Positions 1-15,089 of a DNA stretch of 64,000 nt are shown in pieces; within the stretch, counting starts at the first letter, position 1; each line of letters begins with the position of its first letter. The notes beneath the pieces were generated by a model. It was not told the origin of the DNA. It was given only the letters and a program-made list of their open reading frames with translations, and did no database searches. The stretch comes from Trichinella spiralis (taxonomy: Eukaryota). The translations under genes and the position numbers were made by a program. The DNA lies in NCBI RefSeq assembly GCF_000181795.1, contig NW_003526945.1, positions 3,503,116 to 3,567,115 on the forward strand, written 5' to 3'.

Positions 1-1955
1 TTTTTCGTGAGATTCATTTTTGAAATCCAGAATATTTTCAAGTTATAGAAGTTTATAACGCAATTTTTTTCAAGCGCAATCGCTGTGGAAATGAGAATTA
101 AGTGGAATGAAAATGAAGAATGGCACTTTGACTCTTATATTGTGTTTTTGTATGTCGATTCGAGGATGTGAGGGGAAATTAGCAATTTTTGTCCAATATA
201 GCATTAAATAATCAATTTAGAATAAATTTATTGTTATTTGTAAGTAATAATTGTACAATATTGTTTTAGTAGGTGGAGACAGAATTCATTAATTCGTTGC
301 TGTTTCATCGAGGAATCCGTTTTTCCAAAGTTTTTATGCAAATTATCAAAAGATTAGAAAAAATAGCACTCACACAGCATTAGTTTAATTAAATTGGTAA
401 TTTAATTTCTCAGCATCCTTTCAAAATTATTCTTTTGGCATAGTAGCACATGAAACCCTCATTAACATAGGTAAAATTGCTTTATGATGTTGTAGGTGCA
501 AATCCAATCAAGCTATGACATGTTTGGTATCAATCACATGACCTATGAATATTGGAGATCAGCAACAGCACAGAATTCAAGAATATGATTTTTTTCGAGG
601 ATATCAAAAACACAGTCGACATGCAATAGACACTCATGTATTAATGTGCATTGGCAGCTACATCTTGAAAAATTTTCTACTGGTCGATTAAATGAGACAA
701 GTCAGTGGAAAACTTATAGAATAAATAGCGCATAGTGACTTCGAAAAAAATTATCTGAAGCATGAAAGGTTGCATGTACATTTCAAGAATATAGAATATC
801 ATATAATAATGAACATCAATGTCAAGTGTGTTGTGAATTTGTTGAAACTGCAAATGGACAGCGGGTGGTAGGTAGCCGTTGTAATTTCCCTTAGGATGAG
901 TAAATACCTTCTAACATTCCGAATCCTAAAATAGAAATGCCATTGATTTCATACCATTCTATTTTAAATTGTGTGTGGAAGTTCATTTTGAATGCGTTTC
1001 ATATTCTTTGCATTTGACATCCATACGGTTACTTAACTATAAATAGAGAATATGTATGCACTGTCATGGAAGTCACAAAATTGTCTTCCAATATTAAATT
1101 TAATTCTTTTTCTTATTTACAAATATGAATGAAAATTTCAATGAATAGATTAATTAAAAGTAAACCAGCTTTCCGAATCATTATTTCAAAATACTTTAAA
1201 TTCGTCGCTTTTTAAATCACTGATGAATGCTGCAAACAGCTGTATTTAAAGGACATGAATAAAGCATGCTTAAAGAAGGAAATCCTTAAGCAAACGTTCA
1301 GTGGTTGGAATCAGTGGTCTGATTTCACATATTATAAAATATGCAAATAATATGGAAATCATATGTTGTAACAATTAGAAATGAAATTTGCAATAATAAT
1401 ATTCAAAAATTGAAAAACTCTTTCAAAATAAATGATAAATATTAAGAAAATGAGCATTGTAAACGGATTTGTCAAAACCCTTTAAAAGAGAACGTGTTTT
1501 AGTTTAAATTTCAACGTGGAAATGAACACTTTTAAAATATTAACTTTAAAATAAAGCAAAAGAACATGGAAAAAAAAAAAAATATTCCAGGTTTAATTGG
1601 TGAAAACCCCTTTTAAGCGAACAAGGGACCGTTTGCAAGGGGAAAAAAAAAGGTAAGGGAAAAAATAATTTTTCCCATTTTTTTTTCACATTTTTCAAAC
1701 CTCATCCCCTTCAACCTGGCTAAATGAATCACACTTTTCCAAATTTCTAACTTTTATTTCATTTTAACAAAATAACCCGAATCCACTAAAATCCTAAAAG
1801 CCCTAAATTTAAATAATTAAATAAATCTAAATTTTCCCGCGTTTAAACATTAATTTTCAATCAAAGTTTGTATTTCTGGCTTTCTCTTTCAAATAATCAA
1901 ACTGGTGCTTTTAGAAAATGAAGAGCATAAATGGAAATGTGCAAATTATTCTAAG

Positions 1956-2600
1956 NNNNNNNNNNNNNNNNNNNNNNNNNNNNNNNNNNNNNNNNNNNNN
2001 NNNNNNNNNNNNNNNNNNNNNNNNNNNNNNNNNNNNNNNNNNNNNNNNNNNNNNNNNNNNNNNNNNNNNNNNNNNNNNNNNNNNNNNNNNNNNNNNNNNN
2101 NNNNNNNNNNNNNNNNNNNNNNNNNNNNNNNNNNNNNNNNNNNNNNNNNNNNNNNNNNNNNNNNNNNNNNNNNNNNNNNNNNNNNNNNNNNNNNNNNNNN
2201 NNNNNNNNNNNNNNNNNNNNNNNNNNNNNNNNNNNNNNNNNNNNNNNNNNNNNNNNNNNNNNNNNNNNNNNNNNNNNNNNNNNNNNNNNNNNNNNNNNNN
2301 NNNNNNNNNNNNNNNNNNNNNNNNNNNNNNNNNNNNNNNNNNNNNNNNNNNNNNNNNNNNNNNNNNNNNNNNNNNNNNNNNNNNNNNNNNNNNNNNNNNN
2401 NNNNNNNNNNNNNNNNNNNNNNNNNNNNNNNNNNNNNNNNNNNNNNNNNNNNNNNNNNNNNNNNNNNNNNNNNNNNNNNNNNNNNNNNNNNNNNNNNNNN
2501 NNNNNNNNNNNNNNNNNNNNNNNNNNNNNNNNNNNNNNNNNNNNNNNNNNNNNNNNNNNNNNNNNNNNNNNNNNNNNNNNNNNNNNNNNNNNNNNNNNNN
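1956..2600. other. Assembly gap (run of N)
   Basis: 645 consecutive n characters. The ~500 bp before the gap is homopolymer-rich, like a low-quality contig end. Confidence 0.99.
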
Positions 2601-4392
2601 TGTAATTCGAACTTTCTATATACAAAATTCCATTTCACTAATTAATACATAAATTTGAATGCCTTCAAACTTTCAATTTCATTTCTCACTACATTTCATA
2701 ATTTATTGTTATAATAGGTAATGGCAGATATAGGGGGGAATTTCGTGAAAAACCGAATGAGTATGATGAACTGTTCAAAGAAAACTGGAGCGACAAAATA
2801 GGTAAGCATTTAGTCTCTTTTTTTATAAACTTCTTTTCAGTATTAATTCCAAAATGCTAAACTCCTATATTACAATTTTCTGCATTCAAATAAATTTTGA
2901 TAGCTTTTCCATAATTTCCGTGAAAAATTAACACTTTTCTATAAATGACTATTGTCTGATTATTAGTGCAGTATTTTCGTAAAATAATGTTCAACCCAAA
3001 AGTGCACATTTTTGAAATTATTATCACTCATGTACAATAATTAACATTTTAGCAAGAGCAAGTACTATTATGGTCCTATTGGGATGTGTGCTTTACAGCG
3101 CATTAATTCTTATTTTCCGTTTCAATATTCCGAAGAAGTACAGAAAATACGTAAGAAAACAAATTTAAATAAAGAAAAAGTATAATAATATAAACATTTA
3201 GGTGAAAAAATTGAAGAACATAAATCGTTATTTCCATTCACTTCATGATGGAAGAAGAATTAAACGAATTCCTTGCAAAATGCGACCCAGGATGAAACGG
3301 AGGCGAAAGCTGCAGTTGGCATAACGCCGTGATTTCACCCTTATTATCAACTTATCGTCTATCGTTCATCATCACTTATTATCCAATGATTTCTGATTTA
3401 CTTTTATTATCACTAATGTTCCAGTAACAAAATATTGAAATTTCAAAAACTGAAAAATATTTCCCGCTAATATATTTAATGTTTTCTGTTTTGAGGTGCA
3501 TTTGCAATGCGCTCGCACATTTTACTTTGTAATTTATTTTATTCTTGTGAATAACTATTTTAACTGTTTTTTAAATTAAAATCCTTCTCAATTCTATTTA
3601 TCATGCATGTGAAACGAGAGATTCAAATTGGAATGGCCATCACTTTCAAATTTTCAAATATTATACATCTCATTTATAATGCGGAAACTGTCCAGTAGTT
3701 ATCAAACAAATGGCTCTGAAGTCGACCCATCGCCTGTGCAATATTATAAATAGCCTAAATAAACAGTGGCTTAGTGCTCGTTTGAAAGACGTTTCATGAA
3801 AATTTTCATTTGTTTGCTCTTTCTTCGCTTACGTGGCTTTCTTAAGTTGCTGGGATTGGTAGTGGAATTTTGTGCGTCGTGTTTGAATAAGAATTTTGAA
3901 ATGTTCCAGATTTCATCAACGAGCATTTCATAAATACTGACTGAAACATTTATTTGATTCAATAATATCTGATCGACGGGCAGCAGAAAAGGCTAGCAAC
4001 AATGCGACAACAATTGAGAGGAAAAAGCTTTTGTCTGGAATATCTATCTGCTTGACACGTTGCCTGTTTCAAGAAGAATATAATTTTTAACAATTATCGT
4101 CGAAGATGTCGCTAGTCTCATATCATATATTAGCTTCTATGGCGTGGAAAGAAACTGATAAGAAACATCAAAACAAATGCACAATGAAACGGAAAGCAGT
4201 TAGTTAACTATACTGATCAGGCAGTGAAACTTCGCCTCACCGAACGGCAGAAGTATTGAAAAAATACAGTTTATAAATAATAAAAGTTGACATATTAATA
4301 TGAATAGATGAATGAATGAATAAATAAAAATAAACTGAAGTCAGTTACGGCAAGTTCAGATCTTTTTTCAACAGAAATCTTCTTAACAATTT

Positions 4393-6702
4393 TTATCGTC
4401 TGTAATAACCACGGTTCACGTGATTCGGCACGTCACCTCGACTTGGGAGCACGTTATGACCTAAACAATCGTGGAAATGTTATTGTCGAAATGGTATACT
4501 ATTTTACAAAGAACACATCACTTACTGTAATCCTCTCGTTGACACGTAGCGCCAAGCCAGCCGGCCGCACATTCACATTGGCCAGTGAACATGTTACATC
4601 GTGCGCCGTTGTAACACTTGCAACTCTGTTCACAGTTGAAACCGTACCTTCCTGAGCGGCAAACTGAAATAATCGAATCATTCTCATTAGCGAAAGTTAT
4701 TCCGCATACGCAGCATAAGGAACAACAAATATAAGCAGTAGCAGCAGCAGCAGCAGCAGCAATTGGTAGAGAGTAAAGAATTATCATCAACAAATTCAAT
4801 AATAGTAAATTTTAAACAAACAGTTCCCCAGCTGTGAAGTAAATAAAAATGAAATACCACGTATTTCGTGTGGTTCAAAAATAAATAATTGTCTTGTAAA
4901 CGAAAGAACCTTCCAATGTGTTTCACAGTTGCAGTTTGGCAAAAATAATGAATGAATGAAACTTCCCCCCCCCCCCCCCAATGATTATTACCATCTTGAC
5001 AACGAGGTCCAGTAAAGCCTAGTGGACATATACACTGGCCAGTAGTGCTGTCACAGTCGTAATCACCGCAGTCACATTTCAATCGGCAGTTCACTCCATA
5101 GCCACCAACTGGACATGCTGAAATGGAGAAACATTTGATCAAAGAAAAAATAGAAACAAAAAAATTGTCCAATAATAATTTTTACTTGATTCGCATTTGT
5201 CGCCATGAAATCCAGGAGGGCACAAACATTGGCCTGTTGTTGGATCACAAGCGGCTCCGTTAAGACAGTTGCAAAATTTAGAACAATACCAACCATACAT
5301 GCCTTCAGGACATTCTGCAAATAAAGCAAATTCAATGAATTTTTATCTATCCACTTTTGCAATGACACGTTCATGAAATGTGTCAAATATGCTTTGAGCA
5401 GAGCTTACTGAATTCACACATGGAACCGTAAAAACCGTCTGGACAATCACAGCAGCCAGTAATTCGATCACAGTGCGCATTGTTATGACAACGACATTCC
5501 AAAGCACAACCAGCACCGTAACGTCCCTTTGGACATTCTAATATGGAATGAAAAAGATATTTAAAAAACAAAACAAGCAAAAAAATGATCCAGTATCCAA
5601 TTGTCAATCAGTTAGGGTAGGATGTAATAAATAGATTAAATAAATACTGCGCTAAAAAATAACAACAAAAAAGACTACCTTGCTCGCATGACGGACCAGT
5701 CCAGCCCAGAGTGCATTTGCAAGTTCCATCAACGGGATTGCAAAAGCCGCCATTTTTGCATCGACATTTTTCTGCGCATCCAGCACCATACTTGGTTTCA
5801 GGACAGACCAGCTTGCAGTTGATTCCAGTAAATCCCGGAGGACAAACACACTGACCAGTAGTACGACTGCAAGTGCCTCCGTTTTCACACGGACATTCTT
5901 CAATGCAGTTAATTCCGTGTCGATTTGATGGACATGGCATTTCACACATTGTTCCAATAAAGCCAGATGGGCAGGTACACTTGCCGAACACGGAATCGCA
6001 GATACCACCGTTTTCGCAGGTGCAGTTTTCTTTGCAATCAAAACCAAATTTTCCTTGCACACAGCCTGTAAGCAGAAAAACAGTGCGAATAAAGAAGCAG
6101 CACAGGTGCAATTGATTGCACACAACAAAGTTGCTTATTAAAATGGAACACTCCAAACGGTCGCAGCTGTAGGTGAATCAATCAGCAACTTCTAACTTAC
6201 CTTCGTTGCAACCGGGTCCTGAGAAACCAGGCTTGCAAATACAGTCACCAGTGACAGGGTCACAGTTTGCGTTAGCAGAACAGCTGCATCTGCTGTGACA
6301 GTCTTGACCAAATTTCCCTTCTGGACAAAGATGGCTACACGTGGGACCTGTATATCCTGCTGGACAAGAACACTGGCCGGTGATGTGATCACAGTTATTC
6401 TGCTTGGGGCAGTTGCAACGCTGAGCACAGTTGCGACCGTAATAGCCTTTTATACAAGGTCGATGACAACGTCGACCACGCCATCCTGGTGTGCACAAGC
6501 AATGTCCGGTGATGTGATGGCATGAAGCTCCATGTTCGCACTGGCATACCTCGGAACAATTGATCCCGTACTTTCCATCTGGGCATTCTTAAAATAACGA
6601 AAATATTTTTCAGACTGAGCTGAACTGAACTATTGAATCGCAAAAAGAAGGAAAAACATCCCAGCATGAAGAACAACAAATCTTTCAAATGCAGATGCAT
6701 CG

Positions 6703-6785
<83 letters not shown>

Positions 6786-9700
6786 ACAAACGAATGGCTC
6801 GACTGGCTTACTTTTGTCGCAACGTTCTCCTGTCCATCCAGGCAAACAACGACACTCCCCAGTTACGTGATCACAAGCTGCCCCAGCTTGACACTGGCAT
6901 ACGCCGTTGCAACTGGGTCCGAAATAGCCGAACGGGCAACGAAATTCACAAGCAGCACCCATCCAGCCTGGAGAGCAAAGACACTTCCCAGTACGAGAAT
7001 CACAAGTGGCGTTGTTCAGACAGTGGCAATGTTGGGCACAGTTGATACCGTGCAAACCTGCCGGACATTCTTGATCACAAGCTTTGCCAATCCATCCAGG
7101 CGGACAAGAACACAAACCAGTCAACGGGTCACAGGAACCGCCGTTTTCACACTGACACGTTTCCGTGCAACCGTTCCCCCAACGATTCGGAGGGCAAGGA
7201 GTCCTGCAGTCCGGCCCGGTCCAGCCGGATGGACACAAACATTCACCTGTAACGTGATCACAGCGACTCAGCGCACCATTTCCTTCTTGAGAGCCTGCAA
7301 TCGTTTGTCAGTGGAAAAACCGAATTAAACGCAAATGCCCCTTTACCAAATCCACAGTCACATATCTGAGCGCACTGCTTTCCATAAAATCCGTCCGGAC
7401 AAGGTCGATCGCAATGCCATCCTCGCCAGCCGGATGCACAGAGACAACGACCGGACACTGCATCGCAAGTTGCTCCATTTTTGCACGCACAAACCCCCAT
7501 ACATCCAGCACCGTAAGAACCTGACGGACACGGCTGATCACAGCGTTCGCCTTGCAAACCAGGCGGACAGATACAATCTCCGCTGACTGGATCACATTTA
7601 ACGTCGCCGGTACAGTTGCAACTCTGGGCACAGTTGGCGCCAAACGTATTCGCATCACAAACTGAATGGCAAATAAATACGGAATATTAGGACTTATTGG
7701 GAAACAATAGCACAAATTTTTCAATCAAATTCACCTCGATCACACAGTTCACCCTGCCAACCGGCCAAACAGGCGCAACTTCCGTTAACAGGATCACACG
7801 CTGCCCCATTCATACATGAGCACAGTTCCATGCAGTCTCTACCAAATCTACCCGGAGGGCATTCTGTGCGTTGGAAAAAAAAGATCAGTTGTTTTGTAAG
7901 AATAACATCCTGATCAGTTTTCGATCAAAACGTACTTTCCGTACAAGCAGTACCGTAAAAGCCTGCTGTACACTGACACCTGCCGGTTTCAGGATCGCAC
8001 GAGGCACCGTTTTTACAAACGCATTCGTACATGCACATCGGACCGTAACGATTTGGCGGGCATTCTGAAATTTGAGCAAACGTTTTCCACATATTCTTAA
8101 TAGAACAAAATAATGCTATTTATAATAATTTATGCACAATGCATATGGTATAATTGTCCGAAATAATATTAACCCAAATAAGTTTAATCAGCAAGAATAC
8201 TGACTCTGAGAACACTTTGTGCCGGTAAAGCCCGCTGGGCATGTGCAAGCACCACTAGCAGGATGACATTTTTGTTCTTTTGGACACTGACAAACACTGG
8301 CACAGTTGACACCAAATCGATTTGGTGGACAAGCTAAAATATACACAATATTTTTATAGTTGTTATATTTACGTGTATGAGCAAGAAAATTCGACAAAGC
8401 AATTCGGCAAGTAAAAATATAACAACAAAAAAAAAGCATAAGTACGCACGCTGTTTGCAATCTGGTCCAGTGAATCCTGGTTTGCATTTCGGTTCGCACA
8501 TGCCGGAGACGGGATCACAGCCAACGCTAACTTCACAAGCGCACTGCTTTCTGCACGATGGTCCATAATAACCTAACGGGCAAGTGGCTTTACAGTACGG
8601 ACCATAAAAGCCATCTTTGCAGTAACATTCTCCAGTCTGAAAATATATAATATTTAAAAAAGTGTTGAACCTTCAACGCATTTACAGCGTCAGTTATTTT
8701 TTGTCATTTTTTCATCAAACTACCTTCAAACAGTTGAAAAATAACTACGAAAATAAATGCATTTTTTCGTTGTTCAATTGATTTTTGTATTTTTTTTGTT
8801 GCTGTTGCTTTTTTTGCTTAATTTTAATAAAGAAAAAAACAACAACCGCTTAACCTGCTCGTTGCATCCGACGCTATTTTCCCGGTGACATTTGCAAAGG
8901 TGACGACAGTTTCGACCGTACGTAAACGGTGGACAAGTTTGTTCGCATTTTTTTCCAAAAAAACCAGGCGAACATGGACAATAACCATAAGTACGGTCGC
9001 ATATGTTGTTTGGACACTGCATTCGGCACGGCAGATCACATCTGGGACCGTAGTAGCCTGAAATGGAAAAACAAAAACAACTTTATCCCCGGATAGTGTA
9101 GCTGAATAAGGTGGACTGACAGGGAAAAAAAAGTTCTCCACTCTACCTGCCGGACAGCCGACTTCACAACTTTCCCCACTGTAGCCAGCCAAACATCTGC
9201 ACTCGCCGGTGATTGGGTTGCAAAGACCACCATTGCTACAACTGCACACGTTCGAACAGCCAATACCCCAGAAGCCCTTGAAACAAGAAGCCAAGAAAAA
9301 AAGATCAGTCAAAATCGACAACCAAAAGTGAATCCTGAAGTTGCACACCTCAGGGCAGCTTTCGTTGCAAATAATACCAATCCAACCGGCCCGACAATCA
9401 CATCCCGACTGTTTGCGATTACAACGACCGCCGTTCTGACAATCGTCGCACGAATATTCGCACTTGAAACCGAACTTACCAATCGGACATTCTTGAGATA
9501 GAAATTAAATTTAATTAAAAAAGAAACAAACGTAACAAAAAAGACATCAACGTGCAACTGAGGATAATAAGATTGATGATGATGTCGAGCAAAAAGAAAA
9601 AAATTAATATTATTATTTCAAAACAAAACAAATAAAGCAACCAATCACCTTGTTGATTGAGTCCATAATTGTAAAGGTGTGAATATTGGTGGACAGCTGC

Positions 9701-12045
9701 CGCGCTCTGAGGCAATTCCAAATGATATTCTGTCTTATTATTGAAAAGATTTAATTGAAAAGGATCAGACGACTCGTTTGATTTTAGGCTTCTAACCAGG
9801 TAAAGAGCTAGAAATAAATTGTTCAGGTTAAAGCAACGTGATTTTCTGGGATGCGGAGGAGGGGGTAAAGTAGTGCTTCGTGAAACAAACAAACGAACAA
9901 ACACGAATTCACACATTTGAACACAAAAAGATGAACAATAAAAATATCAAATGAACATGTATATCAATCATGCAAACAACTTTTTTTTAAAAATGAATAA
10001 ATAGCAACAAACATGTATATGTATATATATATATATATATATATTCTTTTTTTTTGCTTTTCGTGCCAACTTACCGTTGCACGACTTTTTGTCACCGTCT
10101 AGACTGTAGCCAAGAAAACATTCACAACGATAAGATCCAGGAACATTGGTGCACAGTTGTTGACAGTTACCGTTGTTGGTCAAGCATTCGTTGATGTCTG
10201 AAATATTTGCAGAGGATGAAAAAAAAATTACACCATCGTTGAACCAACGTTCACGTTGTAAAATCAATTATACAAGAAAAATAGAAAAGAAAAACATATA
10301 TACTGATAAGTGGAGAAATGTGAACAAGATGGCGCTGATGGAATGTGCTACAAAAGACTAAAAATTGCATTCACAATTCGGGTATTCATGGAAAATGGAA
10401 AAAGAAAATTAAATCAGATTATATGATCAGAGAAAAGAAAAGAAAAGAAAAAAAAGATAGAATAGGAAGAAGAGCATCATCGATGCTTTCGGTCGATCAT
10501 ATTTGCTGAAACTGTTGAATGAGAAAGCTTTTCTTCATAACTGAGTACACAAACATTGAAATTGAAAGAAACGTTCGATTGAAATTGAAATTAAAATTAC
10601 AAATTGCTTGTATCATCACAAAAGGCACAATGAAACAGGTAAAATGGGACAAAACTGCCAGTATGCAGTAGTCATTACCTTCGCATGAGTGTTGATCTAT
10701 TGAAAGGTGAAAGCCGGGGCGACAAGCGCAATAATAAGAGCCAGGTTGATTGTGGCACTGATGATCACAACCGGCATTGTTGTTCACGCATTCATCAATG
10801 TCTACACAAAGAAGAAGAAGAAGAAGAAGAAGATGATGATGATGATGATTATGAAGAATTTTTAAAAAAAACTAACAAATAAAAAGAAATTAAACGAATA
10901 GATTCGATTTATTAAAAAGCACAAGAATGATAAAAGAAGAAGGAGCAATGTTGAACAAAAAAAAACTTACCGACGCAGTGTTTCCCATCGTCGGCTAAAC
11001 GAAAGCCATGCTTGCAGTTACACTGAACACCACCGTCCACGGATGCGGTACAATGATGCTCACATCCGCCGTTGTTCACCTCACAGCTAGCTTGCAATTC
11101 TAGAACAAAAATAACGAATAAAAAATGCGCATTATTTTCTTTTTTTATTTTATTCATCCCAACAAAAGGGGTAAAGGGAGGGAGGGGGACAGAATTTTGA
11201 AAGCACGTTATCAAATTGAAAATTATTTTTTTTCCCTCTATCCCTTTCCACATTTTGACAATTGCAATTGAATTTTTAAAAGTGAATCTTTTTGCCTTGC
11301 AAAAACTGGTCACAGAAAACCACGTCCCAACAAGAGCTGGCTAGCTAGCTAGTTAGCCGGCTCGTTTTCAGAAGAATGCATTTTTGACCACTTAACGAGA
11401 AAATACCCGACCCAATCGACCAAGTCAAGAAAGTCGCCCAAAAACCAAACACAATAATAATATCTGTTGAATAACTTTTTCACTTGCACTTTTTTAAACC
11501 GGTATGCTAACTAATAAGTGATGCGGTGCAGGAAAAAGAAAAATTTTTTTTGTTGTTTTAAATCAATAGAACAAAGAAGTAAAGTGCAATTGGGAACAAT
11601 TTTTCCGTACCCCTCACTGCAGTGAAAATGATACTCCACATTGGAGTAGCATCGATGACTAACAACTCTAGCTGTTCAAACAAGCTGAACATCCGGGAAA
11701 TAAAGTGCAAGGGAAAAAATGTAAATAAATGAAATATGCAGCAAAAAGTGAAAAAATCTCTCACTGATGCAGCGTTTACGGTCCGAAGCCAAGCGATACC
11801 CCTCGTGACACTGGCATTCGAACGATCCTGGAATGTTGACGCACAACTGTTCACAACCGCCCCGATGATGCAATTCACACTCGTTCACATCTAGACAGGA
11901 AAAAAAAGCAAAAGCAAATTACTCATCTGAAAAATATGCAAAACAAAAGATAATGATAATTTCAAAAACAGAATGGTGAAACAAAATGGAAAAAAAATTC
12001 TTGTTTACAACCAAGCTCAATCGATTAAATGAAAATGGTGAATAA

Positions 12046-12077
<32 letters not shown>

Positions 12078-15058
12078 TAAATAGTCAGTCAGTGGGGAAA
12101 CTTTACACGTTTACTTGCCTGTGCAAGATCGTTTGTCATAAGCCAACCTATATCCTGAATAACACTGGCAAACTGCACGACCGTTGACGTTGACACAATG
12201 ATGCTGGCATTTGGCCCCATCTTCTTGACAAGGATCAATAGCTGTTCAAAAAAGAGAAAAAAATATTAATAAATTTTCATATTTTATCGATTAATTAATT
12301 ATTTATTTTAAAAATTAAACACAACCAAACAATTTTATCTATATCGCGATTGATGTTTCTGTTTCTTTTCTTTTGTTGCTAAACGAAAAGCTGTGGAAAA
12401 AAATTTCAACAATTAAAACGAAATCATGCGCCATTGAGTGAACAATCATTGGGATAATAAATTATAATTGCAAGTTCCATTTCCATACAAAAGATTCATT
12501 GTGTGCAGGATTGGATGAATTCAATTTCAAACAAGTCCACCGTAAATAACCGTAAATGTAACAATTTCCAGAAAAGCTATCAATGAAAAAACAGCGCCGT
12601 TCCAAAGTCGTTTGTGTACAAAAACCCGTTTGTACGCAGCGGAAAACGAGAATATGTTCACACAGCTAAGTAGTTAGTAGTAGTAGTAGCAGCAGTAGTA
12701 GTAGCCTTCGAAGGGAGAAAAAGCACAGGCATACACATACATACCACTAGCTGTGATAAGGATCATAATCAGTAGAAGCAGAAAACGACCATTATTCTGC
12801 ACTATTTAAAAAATTACCTTACTTTGTAAAAATTATACGTACAAGATAAAAAGGGAGAAGAAAAAAATTGAAAATTGAAAAAAAACAGACTAATTTCATA
12901 ACAGCTATAAATAGAAATAGAAAGAGAAAGAGAGAGAGAGAGGGAGGGAGAGAGAGGTGTAAAATTTTGTTCAACAAGCTTTACGTTCAGCTTTGGATGG
13001 CTGAATTCACTTTCCAAAGCGAGAAACACCGGCTGCATCACACAATCAGTGTGATGTTAGCAACAGAAGAAGAAGAAACGTCATTTTCATCATCATCTCA
13101 TATTGTTGGGGCAAATTTGTAAAATTTTCATTATTTTCGTTGCATTTTTCTACATTACCGTAACAGGTACGCTTGTCATCGGCAAGCCTGTAACCAGCGT
13201 GACAGCGACAACGAAGAAATTTGCCACCTTCTTCTTGGCACAGCTGACTGCAACCGCCGTTGTTCAATTCACAGCTATTTTCGTCTGCAACAAGAAGAAG
13301 AGAAAAAATATTTAAAAAAAATTCTTTTTTTCTTCTCTTTTTAATATTAAATTCTGAAACATCCGTCCACAAATGAAACAACAAACAGAAAAGCTCGAGC
13401 TGAGCTATATTTTGCATAGATAAAAATTTTTCACGGCGTCCATTGATCAATTTTGATACAGCAAAAAAGGAGGGGAGGGAATAGGTAGGTGAACAAAGAA
13501 AACCTCTCGAGACGACAATTGGATGGTGTCAAGAAATAATGAACGCTTTGCAAATTTCAAACATACTACTATATATATATATATATATGTATACATGCGA
13601 GCGTTTTCTTTTCGCTTCGAAGCTTTATTCGGAAAAATGAAAAAAAAATTCAATATCGAATGATTGATTAGTTAATATTTTTCCCTCTTGCAACACTGCC
13701 CAACGCGAGATGACAATATATTTATATCTCATCTCAACAGAAATGTGGTGGATCGATTCACAAGTTTTCCTGTTTCAAAAATAATATTTTCACTATTGCA
13801 ACAATTAACAACAATATAATTGAACAGAAAAAGATGAACTGATGAAAAAAAATTTACATTATTATTAATTAAAGTGTTCATATTCTCATATTCACGAGAA
13901 TAGTTGAATGGTGCGAGGTTGAAAAATGTGGCAAAATGAGAGTTCATTTCTTAATTTTTGGTCAAAAGTTTTTTTTCACCCAAGAAAAATATCAAACTTG
14001 TGCATGCCATCGTTGGACACACACATTATTCAACAATGTATCTCTTTTGCCATTTGCAAAACTGTAAGCACAGTTTGACAAACGAGAAAGTGATTCAAAA
14101 ATATGACCTAACAAAAATCACATTCCAACTATTTCATACACATACACACACACACACACACACATGCAATGTTTAATGAATAATAAATATGCGGCGTATG
14201 TGCTTGTATTGCATCAGAGAATGAATCATAGATTTCAAGAAAAAAAAACAACAAAACACACATGCATACTTTTGAACAGCAAACAACAACAACAACCACA
14301 AAGAAAAGATGATAATATTGCTTTGGAAAAAGTAAAAAAAAATTATGCGTAATTTCGAAAAATTCCATTTAATTATTCTTTTTTCCGCTCCTTGTCATTA
14401 CAGAACAAGTTGAATAAAGCAAATTGAATTGTAAAAAAAAGCTTATTGTGACATGATAATATTTAAATAAATTCATGACAATTTAAATTTGTCTCATAGT
14501 AGTTGGTACTTGGTTTAGAGAAGATTGAGCATATTTATTTATTTATTCTTTAACAAAACAGGTAAAATTGAATTATAAAATTAAAAAACACATCTTACTT
14601 ATACAATGTCGTCCGTCCGGATGAAGCTGTTTGTTCGGTGGACATTCGCACCGATAGCCTCCGTTAGTATTGACACAACGATATTCGCAACCTCCGTTGA
14701 CAACTTCGCATTCATTGACATCTGAAAGAAGAGAAGAAGAAGGGACGTTCAGAAAACAAACACATCATCAACGGCAAGCACATTTGAAATTCTGCTGTGT
14801 TCACAAATCGGTATTCAATCTGTAGCTTTAGAAAAACACGCTTTAAAAGCAAAGGCAAAGCACCTCTGATGAACTCGTCCGATGATGAACAAATGCTAGC
14901 AAACATGCAGCATGCAAGAAATCATCAGAAGATGAAAATTATAGAATAGAAAAGCCCACCCCTGCATCTGCACACCGTGACGTGCCAACTTTGTCACAAA
15001 AGATGGCAAACAGAGAGACGATTTTACACAACCGAAACTCGTGAGTGACCATCCATCC

Positions 15059-15089
<31 letters not shown>

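Noticed and set aside
1905..2652. Four long ORFs in the ORF track
   Set aside because: Artefacts of the N gap (poly-X translations).
3771..3962. 63-aa basic ORF downstream of MEGF6
   Set aside because: Short, non-ATG start in the ORF track, and no supported exon chain.
6633..7328. 231-aa + strand ORF with an RE repeat
   Set aside because: Antisense to MEGF6 exons. The RE run is the (GA)n microsatellite.
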